Of a stretch of 64,000 nucleotides of DNA, positions 1-10,287 are shown in pieces. The translations under genes and the position numbers were made by a program. The stretch spans positions 25,505-89,504 of the forward strand of contig JANMXA010000042.1 of NCBI GenBank assembly GCA_031394255.1, written 5' to 3'. Position 1 is the stretch's first letter; each line of letters opens with the position of its first letter. The notes under the pieces were generated by a model. The model had not been told where the DNA came from, did no database searches, and saw only the letters and a list, made by a program, of their open reading frames with translations. The stretch is from Gemmatimonadota bacterium (GTDB lineage Bacteria > Gemmatimonadota > Gemmatimonadetes > Gemmatimonadales > GWC2-71-9).

Positions 1-49
1 CTCTCCAGTACACGGTATTTCTTGGACTCGCGGTCAGCGGATTGCTGCA

Positions 50-595
50 ATGGCGCCGGTCCCTCGCCTCGTCCTGACCGGGTCGGAGTCGACCGGCAAG
101 ACGACTCTGGCCGCCGGGTTGGCCGCTCATTATCGAACATCCTGGGTGCCGGAGTTCGCCCGCGCCTACGCCGAGGCCCGGGGCGGGGTCCTCACCGCCG
201 CCGATGTCGAACCGATTGCTGCGGGCCAACGGGCCGTGGAGGATGCGGCGCCGGGGAACGCCGGGCTGATCGTGCTCGACACCAACCTCCTGAGTACCGC
301 GGTGTATGCCCGGCATTACTACGGTCTGACGGTCGACTGGCTTGAAGCTGCCCTCGTCCCGCCACCCCCCGCGTTCTATCTCCTCTGCGATATCGATCTT
401 CCCTGGACCGCCGACGGCATCCGGGATCGGGGAGACGATCGCCAGGCGATGCAGGGCCGGTTCAGGGACGCGTTGGAACAGCGCGGCCTGCCGTTCGCCC
501 CGATCAGGGGAATTGGCCCGGAACGGCTCGCAGGGGCGATCGCCGCAGCCGATCGATGGCTCGCCGGGTTGGAACCGAGCTTCAGGACCCGGTAG
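50..595 (+). CDS. NadR-type P-loop AAA ATPase (ribosylnicotinamide-kinase-like domain)
   Basis: 181-aa ORF with Walker A GSESTGKTT near the N-terminus. Overall pattern (LVLTGSESTGKTTLA...WVPEFAR...D) resembles the NadR C-terminal kinase / AAA_28 family. Confidence 0.6.
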   Translation: MAPVPRLVLTGSESTGKTTLAAGLAAHYRTSWVPEFARAYAEARGGVLTAADVEPIAAGQRAVEDAAPGNAGLIVLDTNLLSTAVYARHYYGLTVDWLEAALVPPPPAFYLLCDIDLPWTADGIRDRGDDRQAMQGRFRDALEQRGLPFAPIRGIGPERLAGAIAAADRWLAGLEPSFRTR

Positions 596-1946
596 ACGCC
601 CGCCGCGACCAATACCAGTAGACCGGGATGCCAAGCACGATCAGCCCGATCCCGCGGGCGGCGTTGCCCGGGTTCGACGCCACGGAGCCCGCCACCACAT
701 AGATCGCCGCCGCGATGAACAGCAGCTCCGGAATCGGTGAACCAGGGGTCTGGAAGGCGGGCGGCGCTTCGTTCGCGCGCCGGCTCCGGGCGCGCAGGAA
801 CAGGAGGGACGCAGCCGTCGAGCCAAAGAAGATCCAGTCGGCGAATACCACATAGTCGAGGAGGTGGCCGTAGCTCCCACTGGACAGGAGGACAACCGAC
901 CAGATGCCCTGAAACACAATTGCCACGACCGGCGTCCGCCACCGCGGGTGCAGGCGTGCGAATGACTCGAGAAACAACCCGTCCCGCGCCATCGCCTGGT
1001 AGACCCGGGGCGAGAGCAGGGTAATGGCGTTGAGGAACCCGCCGGTCGAGATCACCACGCCCAGCGCAATCAGTTTCCGGCCCAGCGGGCCCATCACCGC
1101 ACCGAGGGTTTCGGCCGCCGGAGCCGTACTCGCGGCCAGTCCCCCCACGCCGAGCACTCGGAGGTAGGCCGCGTTCGCGGACAGATAGACGAGGACCACA
1201 ACGGCGACACCGAGGAGCAGCGCCCTGGGAAGATTGCGCTCCGGCGCGACGATCTCCTCCGCGATGAAGTTGGTCTGCTGCCAACCACCATACGCAAAAA
1301 GCACCGGCACGAAGGCCGTGGCCATGGCCAGCACGGTCCCCAGCAGCGTGGCCGGCGCCGCCACGGTGCAGTGGTCGCAGGCCACTGGAAGGACGCCGCT
1401 CGCCGGACTGAGCCACAGGCCGGCGCATATCAGCAATGCCAGCGCCCCTAATTTCAACAGCACGAACACATTCTGCGTCCAGGCACCCAACTGGACGCCG
1501 AAGATATTGATAATCGTAAAGATCCCGATGGCGCCGATCGCGAGCGGGGTCCGGAAGGACGGAGCCAGGCCGAAGAGGTCGGCGGCGTAGGACGCGAAGG
1601 TGTAGCTCACCGCGGCCCCGGCCCCGGTTGCCATGATCAGCAGCAAGGCCCAGGCGTACAGAAACCCGGCCAACGGATGAATGCCGGCCCGGAGGTAGGC
1701 GTACGGTCCCCCCGCCTTCGGGAGCCGACATCCCAGCTCGGCGTAGATGAAGCCACCGAGAATGGCCACCACGCCACCCAGAACCCAGGCCAGCAGCGTG
1801 AGCGACGCAGTGCCGACCCGCTGCGCCACGATCGCCGGATTGAGGAAGATTCCCGACCCGATGATCCCGCCGATCACCGACATGGTTCCGCTGAACAGGC
1901 CCAGTCGTCGGGCATAGCTGACCGGCTCGGCCGGGGGACGGGGCAT
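582..1946 (-). CDS. APC-family amino acid permease
   Basis: 454-aa polytopic hydrophobic ORF. N-terminal signature SVIGGIIGSGIF is typical of amino acid/polyamine/organocation transporters. Its 3' end overlaps the convergent upstream gene by 14 nt. Confidence 0.85.
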   Translation of the reverse strand: MPRPPAEPVSYARRLGLFSGTMSVIGGIIGSGIFLNPAIVAQRVGTASLTLLAWVLGGVVAILGGFIYAELGCRLPKAGGPYAYLRAGIHPLAGFLYAWALLLIMATGAGAAVSYTFASYAADLFGLAPSFRTPLAIGAIGIFTIINIFGVQLGAWTQNVFVLLKLGALALLICAGLWLSPASGVLPVACDHCTVAAPATLLGTVLAMATAFVPVLFAYGGWQQTNFIAEEIVAPERNLPRALLLGVAVVVLVYLSANAAYLRVLGVGGLAASTAPAAETLGAVMGPLGRKLIALGVVISTGGFLNAITLLSPRVYQAMARDGLFLESFARLHPRWRTPVVAIVFQGIWSVVLLSSGSYGHLLDYVVFADWIFFGSTAASLLFLRARSRRANEAPPAFQTPGSPIPELLFIAAAIYVVAGSVASNPGNAARGIGLIVLGIPVYWYWSRRASTGS

Positions 1947-2090
1947 TCGGTTTCTCCAGAGATCGGGATGGCGAGCTTGTCAATAGTGGCGCCGATCCGG
2001 TCCCAAGGCGAGGTACCGGTGTCGGCCGCCTGGCTCGCGCCGCCGAGCCGGGATACAATTGCATACCGTTTTCTCTTGCCGGAGTCAGCC

Positions 2091-3428
2091 ATGGATTCCA
2101 TCGCCACCCTCGAAGCCGATCTCCTGCGCCGCTACCGGGAAAGAACGCCCCGTTCGGCCGGGCTCCACCAGCGCGCGGCCAAAGTGATGCCCGGCGGCGA
2201 CACCCGGACGGGAACCTTCCACCTGCCCTATCCTATCTACGTGTCGCGAGGGCAGGGCTGCCGTCTCTGGGACGCCGACGGCAACGAATACAGCGACTTC
2301 CTGAACAACTTCACGTCCCTGTTGCACGGACACGCCCACCCCGCGGTGCACGAGACGCTGGTGGCCCAGGCCGCCCGGGGTACGGTGCATGGAACCGCCA
2401 ACGAATTTCAGGTGGACTTGGCCGAACTGCTGTGTGGACGAGTTCCGTCGGTCGAGCGGATCCGGTTCTGCAACTCGGGCACCGAGGCGACGCTGTTTGC
2501 GCTCCGAGCCGCGAGAGCGTTCACCGGCCGAGCCAAGATCATGAAAATGGGCGGCGGCTATCATGGATCCCACGATCAGGTGGCCGTTGCCATGGCGCCG
2601 CCCTACGGCGTCGGCGCGAATCTCGGCCTTTCACCCGGCGCGCTGAGCGAGGTCGTGCTCGGTTCCTTCAATAACCTCGATTACACCGCCGACCTGATCC
2701 GGCGCTACCGGAACGAGCTGGCCGCGGTCATCGTGGAGCCGATGATGGGCTCGGCCGGCGCCCTGCCGGCAGACCAGGCATTCCTCAGAGGGCTACGGGC
2801 GGTCACCGAGGAATGTGGCGTCCTGCTCATTCTCGACGAAATCATCACCTTTCGCCTCGGCTACGGCGGGTTGCAGGAGCACTACGGCATCCGTCCCGAC
2901 CTCACCACCTTCGGCAAGATCGTCGGGGGCGGATTGCCGATCGGGGCGTTTGGGGGACGGGCCGACATCATGGCAGCCTACGATCCAGCGAGCAGGACTC
3001 CGATCGTCCATTCGGGGACCTATAACGGCAACGCAATCACCATGGCGGCCGGGCTCGCCACTCTCCGGCGCTACGACCGGCGGGCCGTCGTCCAGCTCAA
3101 CGCCACCGGCGACCGGCTTCGGGCGGAACTGAACCGGGCCATTGCCGCCTCCGGGGTCGACGCCACAGTCGCGGGATATGGCAGCGTCATGCAGCTGCAC
3201 TTTCTGAAAGGGCCGCTGCGGACTGCCGACCAGGCGGGTGAGGGCGACAAGCGACTCCTGCGACTGGTTCACCTGGCCCTGCTGGTCGATGGCATCTTCA
3301 CCGCCAGCCGACAGATGTACGTGCTGTCCACGGCCATGACCCAGCCGGTCCTGGACGAATTCCAGGCTCGATTTTCGGCGGCCCTCGGCGCGATCCCCCA
3401 ACCATCCGCGCACGGCGCGGGGAGATGA
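2091..3428 (+). CDS. Class III PLP aminotransferase (glutamate-1-semialdehyde 2,1-aminomutase-like)
   Basis: The track ORF 1677-3428 was trimmed to the in-frame ATG at 2091 (MDSIATLEADLL...), because the upstream part overlaps the permease gene. Motifs MPGGDTR, FCNSGTEA and LILDEIITFR are typical of the HemL-like family. Confidence 0.8.
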   Translation: MDSIATLEADLLRRYRERTPRSAGLHQRAAKVMPGGDTRTGTFHLPYPIYVSRGQGCRLWDADGNEYSDFLNNFTSLLHGHAHPAVHETLVAQAARGTVHGTANEFQVDLAELLCGRVPSVERIRFCNSGTEATLFALRAARAFTGRAKIMKMGGGYHGSHDQVAVAMAPPYGVGANLGLSPGALSEVVLGSFNNLDYTADLIRRYRNELAAVIVEPMMGSAGALPADQAFLRGLRAVTEECGVLLILDEIITFRLGYGGLQEHYGIRPDLTTFGKIVGGGLPIGAFGGRADIMAAYDPASRTPIVHSGTYNGNAITMAAGLATLRRYDRRAVVQLNATGDRLRAELNRAIAASGVDATVAGYGSVMQLHFLKGPLRTADQAGEGDKRLLRLVHLALLVDGIFTASRQMYVLSTAMTQPVLDEFQARFSAALGAIPQPSAHGAGR

Positions 3429-4396
3429 CACCCATGGCAACATTCCGATGGTATCTGCTGCTCGGTTGCCTGATCGGGCCCAAGCCGCTGAGGGCCCAGG
3501 CACTCGACGCCGACCTCACCCGGATGCTGGACGGACTCAAGGCCCGCAGCTCGCTCTATGCGAAACATCTGCCTTCCGGCCGGACCATCGCCATCCGGGC
3601 CGACCAGCCGATGAACACGCTCAGCGTGATCAAACTTCCGGTCATGATCCAGGTCTTTCGCGACGTCGAAGCGGGACGACTCAAACTCACCGACCGCTAC
3701 CAGATCCGGGCCGAAGACCGGCGGCGCGGCAGCGGCCTGATCCAGGGGTTCGACGTCGGACTGAATCCCACCATCCGTGACCTGGTCCAGCAGATGGTGG
3801 TCACCAGCGACAACACGGCCACCGACATTCTCATCGGCAAGGTCGGGATTGCCCGCGTAAACGCGACTTTGGCTCAATTGGGTTTCAAGGAAACCCGTCT
3901 CCGGTCCACCACCGGTGACCTCTTCCGCGAGGTCTGGATCCGCGACGACCCGAAGAACGCCTCGTTGACCAACGCCGAGGTGTTCGATCGGGGCTTTCCG
4001 ACCGACACCGGCAGTGCCAGCCGGACGTTCAAGCTCGAAGGCGACTCCACCCGCTGGCTGGGCCGGACCACGGCCCGGGAGATGGCCCAGTTGCTCGAGG
4101 GAATGCAGACCGCCAAGTACGCCTCGAAGGAGCACAGCCAGATGATGATCAACATCATGCTGGAGCAGTTTTACAGTTCGCGGCTGCCGCAGCGCCTGGC
4201 CTGGACGCCCGGCGTTTCGATCGCCCACAAGACCGGCGACTGGCCGCCGTATGCCGGCAACGACGTGGGGATCATCTTCTACAAGGGCGGACCGATGATC
4301 GTCGCGGTGTTCACCGGCCAGAACACCGGGGACTTCTTCGAGCTCGAGGCCACCGAGGGCCGGATCGCAGAGCGGCTGGTCCGGGACTGGAAGTAG
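3425..4396 (+). CDS. Class A beta-lactamase-related serine hydrolase, secreted
   Basis: Signal-like N-terminus, an SxxK motif (LSVIK), an SDN motif (TSDNTAT) and a KTG motif (HKTGDW). The start overlaps the upstream stop (ATGA). Confidence 0.7.
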   Translation: MTPMATFRWYLLLGCLIGPKPLRAQALDADLTRMLDGLKARSSLYAKHLPSGRTIAIRADQPMNTLSVIKLPVMIQVFRDVEAGRLKLTDRYQIRAEDRRRGSGLIQGFDVGLNPTIRDLVQQMVVTSDNTATDILIGKVGIARVNATLAQLGFKETRLRSTTGDLFREVWIRDDPKNASLTNAEVFDRGFPTDTGSASRTFKLEGDSTRWLGRTTAREMAQLLEGMQTAKYASKEHSQMMINIMLEQFYSSRLPQRLAWTPGVSIAHKTGDWPPYAGNDVGIIFYKGGPMIVAVFTGQNTGDFFELEATEGRIAERLVRDWK

Positions 4397-4447
4397 TCAT
4401 TGGAAGGACCCGATAGCGACCATCGCTTCCCGACGGCGTCTGACGGG

Positions 4448-6553
4448 GTGAAGCGAATCTCAGGCATCCTGATCCGGGTGGTGGCAAGCGCGGTTGTCGC
4501 CGTGACGACAGTGGCGGCGCAACGACCCGGGTCCGGTCACGGCCGGCCCGAAGTAATCCGTACCGAGCATGGGGTTCCCCACATTTACGCCGACGACTTC
4601 TGGCAGGCCGGATACGGTCTCGCCTGGGTCGAGCTCGAGGACTATGGCGGTCGCGTCGCCCTGGCCTTGATTGACGGGCGCGGCGAACGCGGCCTCGTAT
4701 TCGGGCGGGACAGTATCGAGGCCGACTTCAGCGCCCGACCGATGAATACCCGGGCGCGGACCATGTGGCCTCGCCTGAGCCCGGCGACCCGCGACATGTA
4801 CGATGGATTTGCCGCCGCGGTCAACGATTACATCGCAAGCCACCGCAGCGAGTTCCCGACGACGATCCGGACCGGATTCGAAGGCTGGGACGTCCTCGCC
4901 AACGAGATCCCCACGGCCAACACCCGCGCCGCCCTCCGCCTTCTCCAACGGAGCCGACCGGCAACCGTTCCGAGCCGTTCCACGGATGAAGGCTCCAACG
5001 CCTGGGCGCTCGCGCCGAGTCGGACCAAATCCGGCCATGCGATTCTGCTCCGCAATCCCCATCTCGACTGGGACGCCGGCTACTACGAGGCCCACCTTGT
5101 CGTACCCGGCCAGCTCGATTTTTACGGCGATTTCCGCATCGGGGGGGCGTTTGCCGTTGTCGGCGGGTTCAATCGGGATTTGGGCTGGGCAACGACCAAC
5201 AATGCGGTCGATACCGACGAGCTCTACCAGATTCCCCTGGCAAAGGGGCGCAATGATCGGATCGTGCTCGACGGTCAGGCGGTACCGCTGACTCGAAGCC
5301 GCGTCACTGTCCCGTTCCGAACAAGATCCGGTATCGGGCGGGAGACCCGGGAGTTCTGGACCTCGCCGTACGGCCCCGTGATCGACCGGCGTCACGGCCA
5401 GGCCTTTGTGCTCAAAGCGGCGGGGGTCGGCGAATACCGCGGCGGCGAACAATTCCTCCGGATGATGCGGGCCCGCTCCTTTGCCGAGTGGGAGAGCGCC
5501 ATGCAGCTTCGGGCGCGCATCACATCGAACCTGACCTACGCCGATCGAGCCGGGAACATCTTCTACGTCTGGAACGGCGCTCTGCCGGCCCTCCCCCACC
5601 CTCCCGGGGGAGATTCGACCATCTTCCCGGTGCGATCCGCCAGCGAGATGTGGCAGCACCTGGTCCCCTGGGACTCTCTGCCCCACCTGATGAATCCTGC
5701 GGGCGGGTATCTCCACAACGAGAACGACTCCCCGCACTTTACCTCGCTTGAGGCGCCACTCGACCCCGCTCGACTTCCAGCCAATGTCGAGCCACCGAGC
5801 CTCCGGCTTCGAAGTCAGCATGCCCTGGATCTGGTTCGCCATCCCGAAGATCGATTCTCCCTTGAGGATGTCGTCCACCTCAAGCACAGCTACCGGATGC
5901 TGCTGGCTGAACGGATCCTGCCCGATCTGTTGACGGCGGCCGGCCATCAGATCCCGGCTCCGCCGGCCGACGCCATACAGGTGCTGCGAAATTGGGATCG
6001 GTCGACAGCGCCGAATTCGCGCGGCGGGGTACTGTTCGAGACCTGGTGGCGACTGTACGAGGCGAAGGTGAAGCAACCGTTCGGCACCGTGTGGTCGATC
6101 ACCTCCCCGACCGCCACGCCAGCCGGGCTGGCCGACCCGACCGAGGCGGCCGGCCTGATCCGGCTGGCGGCCGACTCGGTCCGCCATCGATTCGGGCGCA
6201 TTGACGTCTCGTGGGGCGACGCCCACCGGGTTCGGATTGGCGCGACGGACGTCCCGGTCGGCGGTTGCCGGGGTGACCTCGGCTGTTTTCGGGTCCTCTG
6301 GTACCGCGACGAGCCCGATGGCAAACTGGCCGCTGAGGGCGGCGACGGCTGGGTTCTGGCAGTCGAGTTCGGCGACGTCCCGCGGGCCTATTCGGTTCTG
6401 GTCTATGGTGAAAGCAACCGACCCGATTCCCCCTGGTTCGGGGATCAGGCCGTTCGGTTTGCCGCGGGAAATCTGAAGACCGTTCTGCTCGATCGACCAA
6501 CCATCGAAAAGTGGGCGATACGGCGCTACCGCGCTGGAAGGAACCGCCCATGA
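4448..6553 (+). CDS. Penicillin amidase / acyl-homoserine-lactone acylase family (Ntn hydrolase, peptidase S45)
   Basis: About 700 aa. The processing/nucleophile motif EGSNAWALAP is present. The N-terminus VKRISGILIRVVASAVVAV is a signal anchor. The start is ambiguous: GTG 4448 is preferred and TTG 4400 is the longest option. Confidence 0.8.
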   Translation: MKRISGILIRVVASAVVAVTTVAAQRPGSGHGRPEVIRTEHGVPHIYADDFWQAGYGLAWVELEDYGGRVALALIDGRGERGLVFGRDSIEADFSARPMNTRARTMWPRLSPATRDMYDGFAAAVNDYIASHRSEFPTTIRTGFEGWDVLANEIPTANTRAALRLLQRSRPATVPSRSTDEGSNAWALAPSRTKSGHAILLRNPHLDWDAGYYEAHLVVPGQLDFYGDFRIGGAFAVVGGFNRDLGWATTNNAVDTDELYQIPLAKGRNDRIVLDGQAVPLTRSRVTVPFRTRSGIGRETREFWTSPYGPVIDRRHGQAFVLKAAGVGEYRGGEQFLRMMRARSFAEWESAMQLRARITSNLTYADRAGNIFYVWNGALPALPHPPGGDSTIFPVRSASEMWQHLVPWDSLPHLMNPAGGYLHNENDSPHFTSLEAPLDPARLPANVEPPSLRLRSQHALDLVRHPEDRFSLEDVVHLKHSYRMLLAERILPDLLTAAGHQIPAPPADAIQVLRNWDRSTAPNSRGGVLFETWWRLYEAKVKQPFGTVWSITSPTATPAGLADPTEAAGLIRLAADSVRHRFGRIDVSWGDAHRVRIGATDVPVGGCRGDLGCFRVLWYRDEPDGKLAAEGGDGWVLAVEFGDVPRAYSVLVYGESNRPDSPWFGDQAVRFAAGNLKTVLLDRPTIEKWAIRRYRAGRNRP

Positions 6554-8595
6554 ACGGGAACTGCTGGATCCCGCTGGCCCTTCTGACGTCGGCGTCCGGA
6601 TGTTCCGGACGGACCCCGGCCCCGACGCCCGTCGATCTGCTCCCGCTCCAGACCCTCCTTGCCCCGGCCACGAACCTGGCGCCCACCATCAGTCCGGACG
6701 GCCGCTGGATCAGTTTCCTCCGGCCCGTCGAAGGAGCGCTCAACCTGTTTGTGGCGCCGGCCGATTCGATCGGCGCCGCCCGCGCGATCACCACGCGCCG
6801 GGGCCGCGGGCTCCAACCGTTCGATGTGAGCGGCAATGTCCTGTACCGGTGGGCGCACGACAGTCGCCGCATCCTGTTTCCGCAGGACAACAACGGCGAC
6901 GAGAAGTGGAATCTGCACGTCGTCGACATCGCGACCGGTGCGGAGCGGAACCTGACCCCGCTCCCCGGTGTCGAGGTTTCCTTCCTCGCGTTCTCGGAAT
7001 CGGATCCCAATCAGGCCGCGGTCTCGATCAAGGATCGAAGCCCGTACTTCCCCGATCTGTACCGCCTGGACCTCACGACCGGCAACCGGACCCTGATTCT
7101 CCGCAACGACAAGATGGTGGCGGTCCTGCCGGACCACGACCTCCGGCCCCGAATCGGCATTGCGATCGCCGCGGACGGGACCCTGGACCTGTACCGGCCA
7201 ACCACCGATGGCTGGGCCATGCTCTGGGACATCGGACCGGATGACGTGGCCGCACTCAACGCCACCAGCTACCAGCGGGCCTGGGAGTTCGACAGCGAGA
7301 ACCGCCATCTGCTGATGTATGACACCGAGGGGCGGGACCTGACGGCCCTCGTCGCGGTGGATGCGGAATCGGGACAGCGCACACTGATTGCAGAGAACCC
7401 GGAGAGCGATTTGGCGGGGGTGCTCTATCATCCGAAAACGCACCGGCTGCAGGCCTACGCCACGATGTGGACCCGAACCACATGGCACGCCGTCGACCCC
7501 TCGGTCGCCGCCGACTTCAAGCGGCTGGCGCACGTTGCGGACGGCGATATCAAGGTCGTGGGCCGATCCGATGACCTCGGTCGTTGGATCGTCCAGTACA
7601 CGCTCTCGGACGCGCCGATTGCCTACTACCTCTACGAGCGGGCCTCCGGGCGCACGACCCGGCTGTTTACCGGCACCCCCGCCCTCGAAGGCCTGCCGCT
7701 GTCGAAGCTCCACCCCTTCGAGATCAGGACGCCGGACGGTCTCCGGTTCGTGTCGTACTACCTGCTGCCGCCGTGGGCCGACGCCGACGGCGACGGGCGG
7801 CCCGATCACCCCCAGCCGACGGTCGTGCTGGTCCACGGTGGACCAAGCGACGAGCGGGCCCAATGGGCCTACGGACCGTTCGTTCACTGGCTCGCCAATC
7901 GGGGATACGCGATCCTCTACGTGAACTACCGGGGATCGCCGGGGTTTGGGAAACGGTTCATGAACGCCCAGAACCTCGAATGGGGCGGTCGAATGCACAC
8001 CGACGTTCTGCAGCAGGTCGACTGGGTGATCGAACACGGGATCGCCGCGGCAGGCCGAGTGGCGATCATCGGCGGGAGTTACGGCGGCTATGAAACACTC
8101 GTCGGCATGACCATGACGCCGGATCGGTTTGCCTGCGGCGTCGATCTGGTCGGCCCGTCAAACCTCGAACGGTTCATGCCCCATTGGAACGTCGATCGGA
8201 TGTCGAAGGTGGTCGGCGACCCCAGGACACCCGACGGGCGAGCCCTCCTCCGTTCCCGATCACCGATCAATTTTGCCGCTCAAACCAGGCATCCGGTCCT
8301 GATTGGCCAGGGTACCAACGACGCCCGGGTTCCGAAGTACCAGTCGGACACGGTCGTAGCGGCGATGCGAACCGCCGGTGTTCCCGTGATCTACGCGGTC
8401 TATCCCGATGAAGGCCATGGCCTGCTGCGCCCCGCCAACAGCTTTTCGTTCTGGGCCATCGGGGAGCAGTTTCTCGCCCGGTGCCTGGGCGGACGAGCCG
8501 CGCCGCTCGGGACGGCGTTGTCGGGGTCAAGCGTTCGAATCGAGGCCGGCGCAGACTACATCCCGGGCCTCGCCGACCTGTTGAAAAACCGCTAG
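6550..8595 (+). CDS. S9 family prolyl oligopeptidase / dipeptidyl aminopeptidase
   Basis: N-terminal beta-propeller-like region and a C-terminal alpha/beta hydrolase domain with the nucleophile motif GGSYGGY and DEGHG near the end. ATG 6550 overlaps the upstream TGA (ATGA). Confidence 0.85.
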   Translation: MNGNCWIPLALLTSASGCSGRTPAPTPVDLLPLQTLLAPATNLAPTISPDGRWISFLRPVEGALNLFVAPADSIGAARAITTRRGRGLQPFDVSGNVLYRWAHDSRRILFPQDNNGDEKWNLHVVDIATGAERNLTPLPGVEVSFLAFSESDPNQAAVSIKDRSPYFPDLYRLDLTTGNRTLILRNDKMVAVLPDHDLRPRIGIAIAADGTLDLYRPTTDGWAMLWDIGPDDVAALNATSYQRAWEFDSENRHLLMYDTEGRDLTALVAVDAESGQRTLIAENPESDLAGVLYHPKTHRLQAYATMWTRTTWHAVDPSVAADFKRLAHVADGDIKVVGRSDDLGRWIVQYTLSDAPIAYYLYERASGRTTRLFTGTPALEGLPLSKLHPFEIRTPDGLRFVSYYLLPPWADADGDGRPDHPQPTVVLVHGGPSDERAQWAYGPFVHWLANRGYAILYVNYRGSPGFGKRFMNAQNLEWGGRMHTDVLQQVDWVIEHGIAAAGRVAIIGGSYGGYETLVGMTMTPDRFACGVDLVGPSNLERFMPHWNVDRMSKVVGDPRTPDGRALLRSRSPINFAAQTRHPVLIGQGTNDARVPKYQSDTVVAAMRTAGVPVIYAVYPDEGHGLLRPANSFSFWAIGEQFLARCLGGRAAPLGTALSGSSVRIEAGADYIPGLADLLKNR

Positions 8596-8616
8596 CCAGG
8601 TACGGAGGAGGCATTC

Positions 8617-10260
8617 ATGGAACGTCGGCAGTTCGTGGCGTCACTGGGTGGAGCCGCTACCCTGGGACTGGGTCTTCGGAATCCGGCCCTCGTGCTCATC
8701 AACGGCAACATCGTCACCATGGACCCGGCCCGGCCCCGGGCTCAGGCGGTGGCCATCTTCGAGGGCCGCTTTCTGGCGGTGGGCACGAACGCCGAGGTGA
8801 TGCGACTGGCCGGGCCGCTGACCCGCCGGATCGACCTTGGCCACCGTACGGTCGTGCCGGGATTCATCGACGCCCATTCGCATCCGGCCAGCTCCGGTCT
8901 CATGCATTTGACCCGGATCGACTGCGACCTCCGATCGATCGAGGCCATTCAAGCCGCGGTGCGCGAGCGCGCGACCCGGACCCCGGCGGGCGAATGGGTC
9001 CTGGGCTTCAAGTACGATGACACCAAGACGAGAGAGGGCCGCGCCCTCCTCAAAGCCGACCTCGACCAGGCGGCGCCGCACCATCCGGTCCTGGTCGAGC
9101 ATCGCGGCGGCCATACTGCTTACGGCAATACGCTGGCGTTCGACAAAGCGGGCATTACAGCGACGACACCGGATCCCAAAGGCGGGAAGATCGATCGCGA
9201 CTCGGCCGGCGGCCCAGCGGGGCGACTGGCTGAGACCGCGGTCGACCTCGTCACCCGATTGATCCCGGTTCGCGAAACGGTGGCCGACCGGCAGGAAGGC
9301 GTGAAGATCATCTCCCGGATGCTGGCGAAGACCGGGATCACATCCGTCCATGATGCCAGCGCGTCCGTGGCCGACTTCCGAGCGTATCAGGACGCCCGGG
9401 CCGCCGGTGATCTTGGCACCAGAGTCTATTCTCTCATCTTTGCCGCGGAGATCGACCAAGTCATCGCGGCCGGCATGCGACAGGGCATGGGGGATGAGTG
9501 GGTTCGTCTCGGAGGCATGAAGACGATCTGCGACGGCTCGATCTCGGAGCGTACGGCGCGACTGTCCGAACCATACATCGGCCGCCCCAACGACTTCGGG
9601 ATCATCGTCACCCAGCCTGAGGAACTCTGGCCTCAGTTGGAGAAAGCGCACCGCGCCGGGCTTCAGATCGGCGTTCACGCCAATGGTGACGTGGGTATCG
9701 GCATCGTCGTCGGGCTCTACGAGCGGCTGCAACAGGCCTATCCCCGCAAGGATCCGAGGTTCCGGATCGAGCACTGTACCGTGGTCACGCCCGACCTTGT
9801 GCGGCGCATCAAGGCGCTTGGCGCCATCCCGACACCATTCTCGACCTACGTCTACTGGCACGGCGAGAAGATGCGTGAGTATGGCGCTGAACGGCTCGAG
9901 CGGATGTTTGCGCTCCGGACTTTCATGGACGCCGGCATTCGGCCCACCTTCGCCTCGGACTACCCGCCGGGGCCCTTCGAGCCGATGATGGGGCTCCAAT
10001 CCATGGTGACTCGCACTGACATGAAGGGCACCACCTGGGGCGCCAGCCAGCGGATCACGATCGACGAAGCGATCCGGGTCGCGACCATGAACGGGGCGTA
10101 TGGCTCGTACGAAGAGAACGACAAGGGCTCGATCGAGACCGGCAAACTGGCCGATCTCGTGGTGCTGGGTCGCGATCCGTACCGCGAGCCACCGGCATCG
10201 CTCGTGACCATCCCGATCGAACGGACGATGGTCGGTGGGCGGTGGGTCTACGAGAGTTGA
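8617..10260 (+). CDS. Amidohydrolase family protein (YtcJ-like, Amidohydro_3) with Tat-like signal
   Basis: The ORF begins MERRQFVASLGGAATLGLGL. It carries the metal-binding motif GFIDAHSHP. A GGAGGAGG Shine-Dalgarno lies just upstream. Confidence 0.8.
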   Translation: MERRQFVASLGGAATLGLGLRNPALVLINGNIVTMDPARPRAQAVAIFEGRFLAVGTNAEVMRLAGPLTRRIDLGHRTVVPGFIDAHSHPASSGLMHLTRIDCDLRSIEAIQAAVRERATRTPAGEWVLGFKYDDTKTREGRALLKADLDQAAPHHPVLVEHRGGHTAYGNTLAFDKAGITATTPDPKGGKIDRDSAGGPAGRLAETAVDLVTRLIPVRETVADRQEGVKIISRMLAKTGITSVHDASASVADFRAYQDARAAGDLGTRVYSLIFAAEIDQVIAAGMRQGMGDEWVRLGGMKTICDGSISERTARLSEPYIGRPNDFGIIVTQPEELWPQLEKAHRAGLQIGVHANGDVGIGIVVGLYERLQQAYPRKDPRFRIEHCTVVTPDLVRRIKALGAIPTPFSTYVYWHGEKMREYGAERLERMFALRTFMDAGIRPTFASDYPPGPFEPMMGLQSMVTRTDMKGTTWGASQRITIDEAIRVATMNGAYGSYEENDKGSIETGKLADLVVLGRDPYREPPASLVTIPIERTMVGGRWVYES

Positions 10261-10287
10261 ACCGATGAGCCGGAAGGGATAGCCGCG

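Noticed and set aside
376-2064. A 562-aa ORF on the minus strand, overlapping the APC permease gene in another frame.
   Set aside because: Its translation is Arg/Gly/Pro/Ala-rich low-complexity sequence with no motifs. The alternative frame (582-1946) gives a clean polytopic permease. This is a typical shadow ORF of GC-rich DNA.
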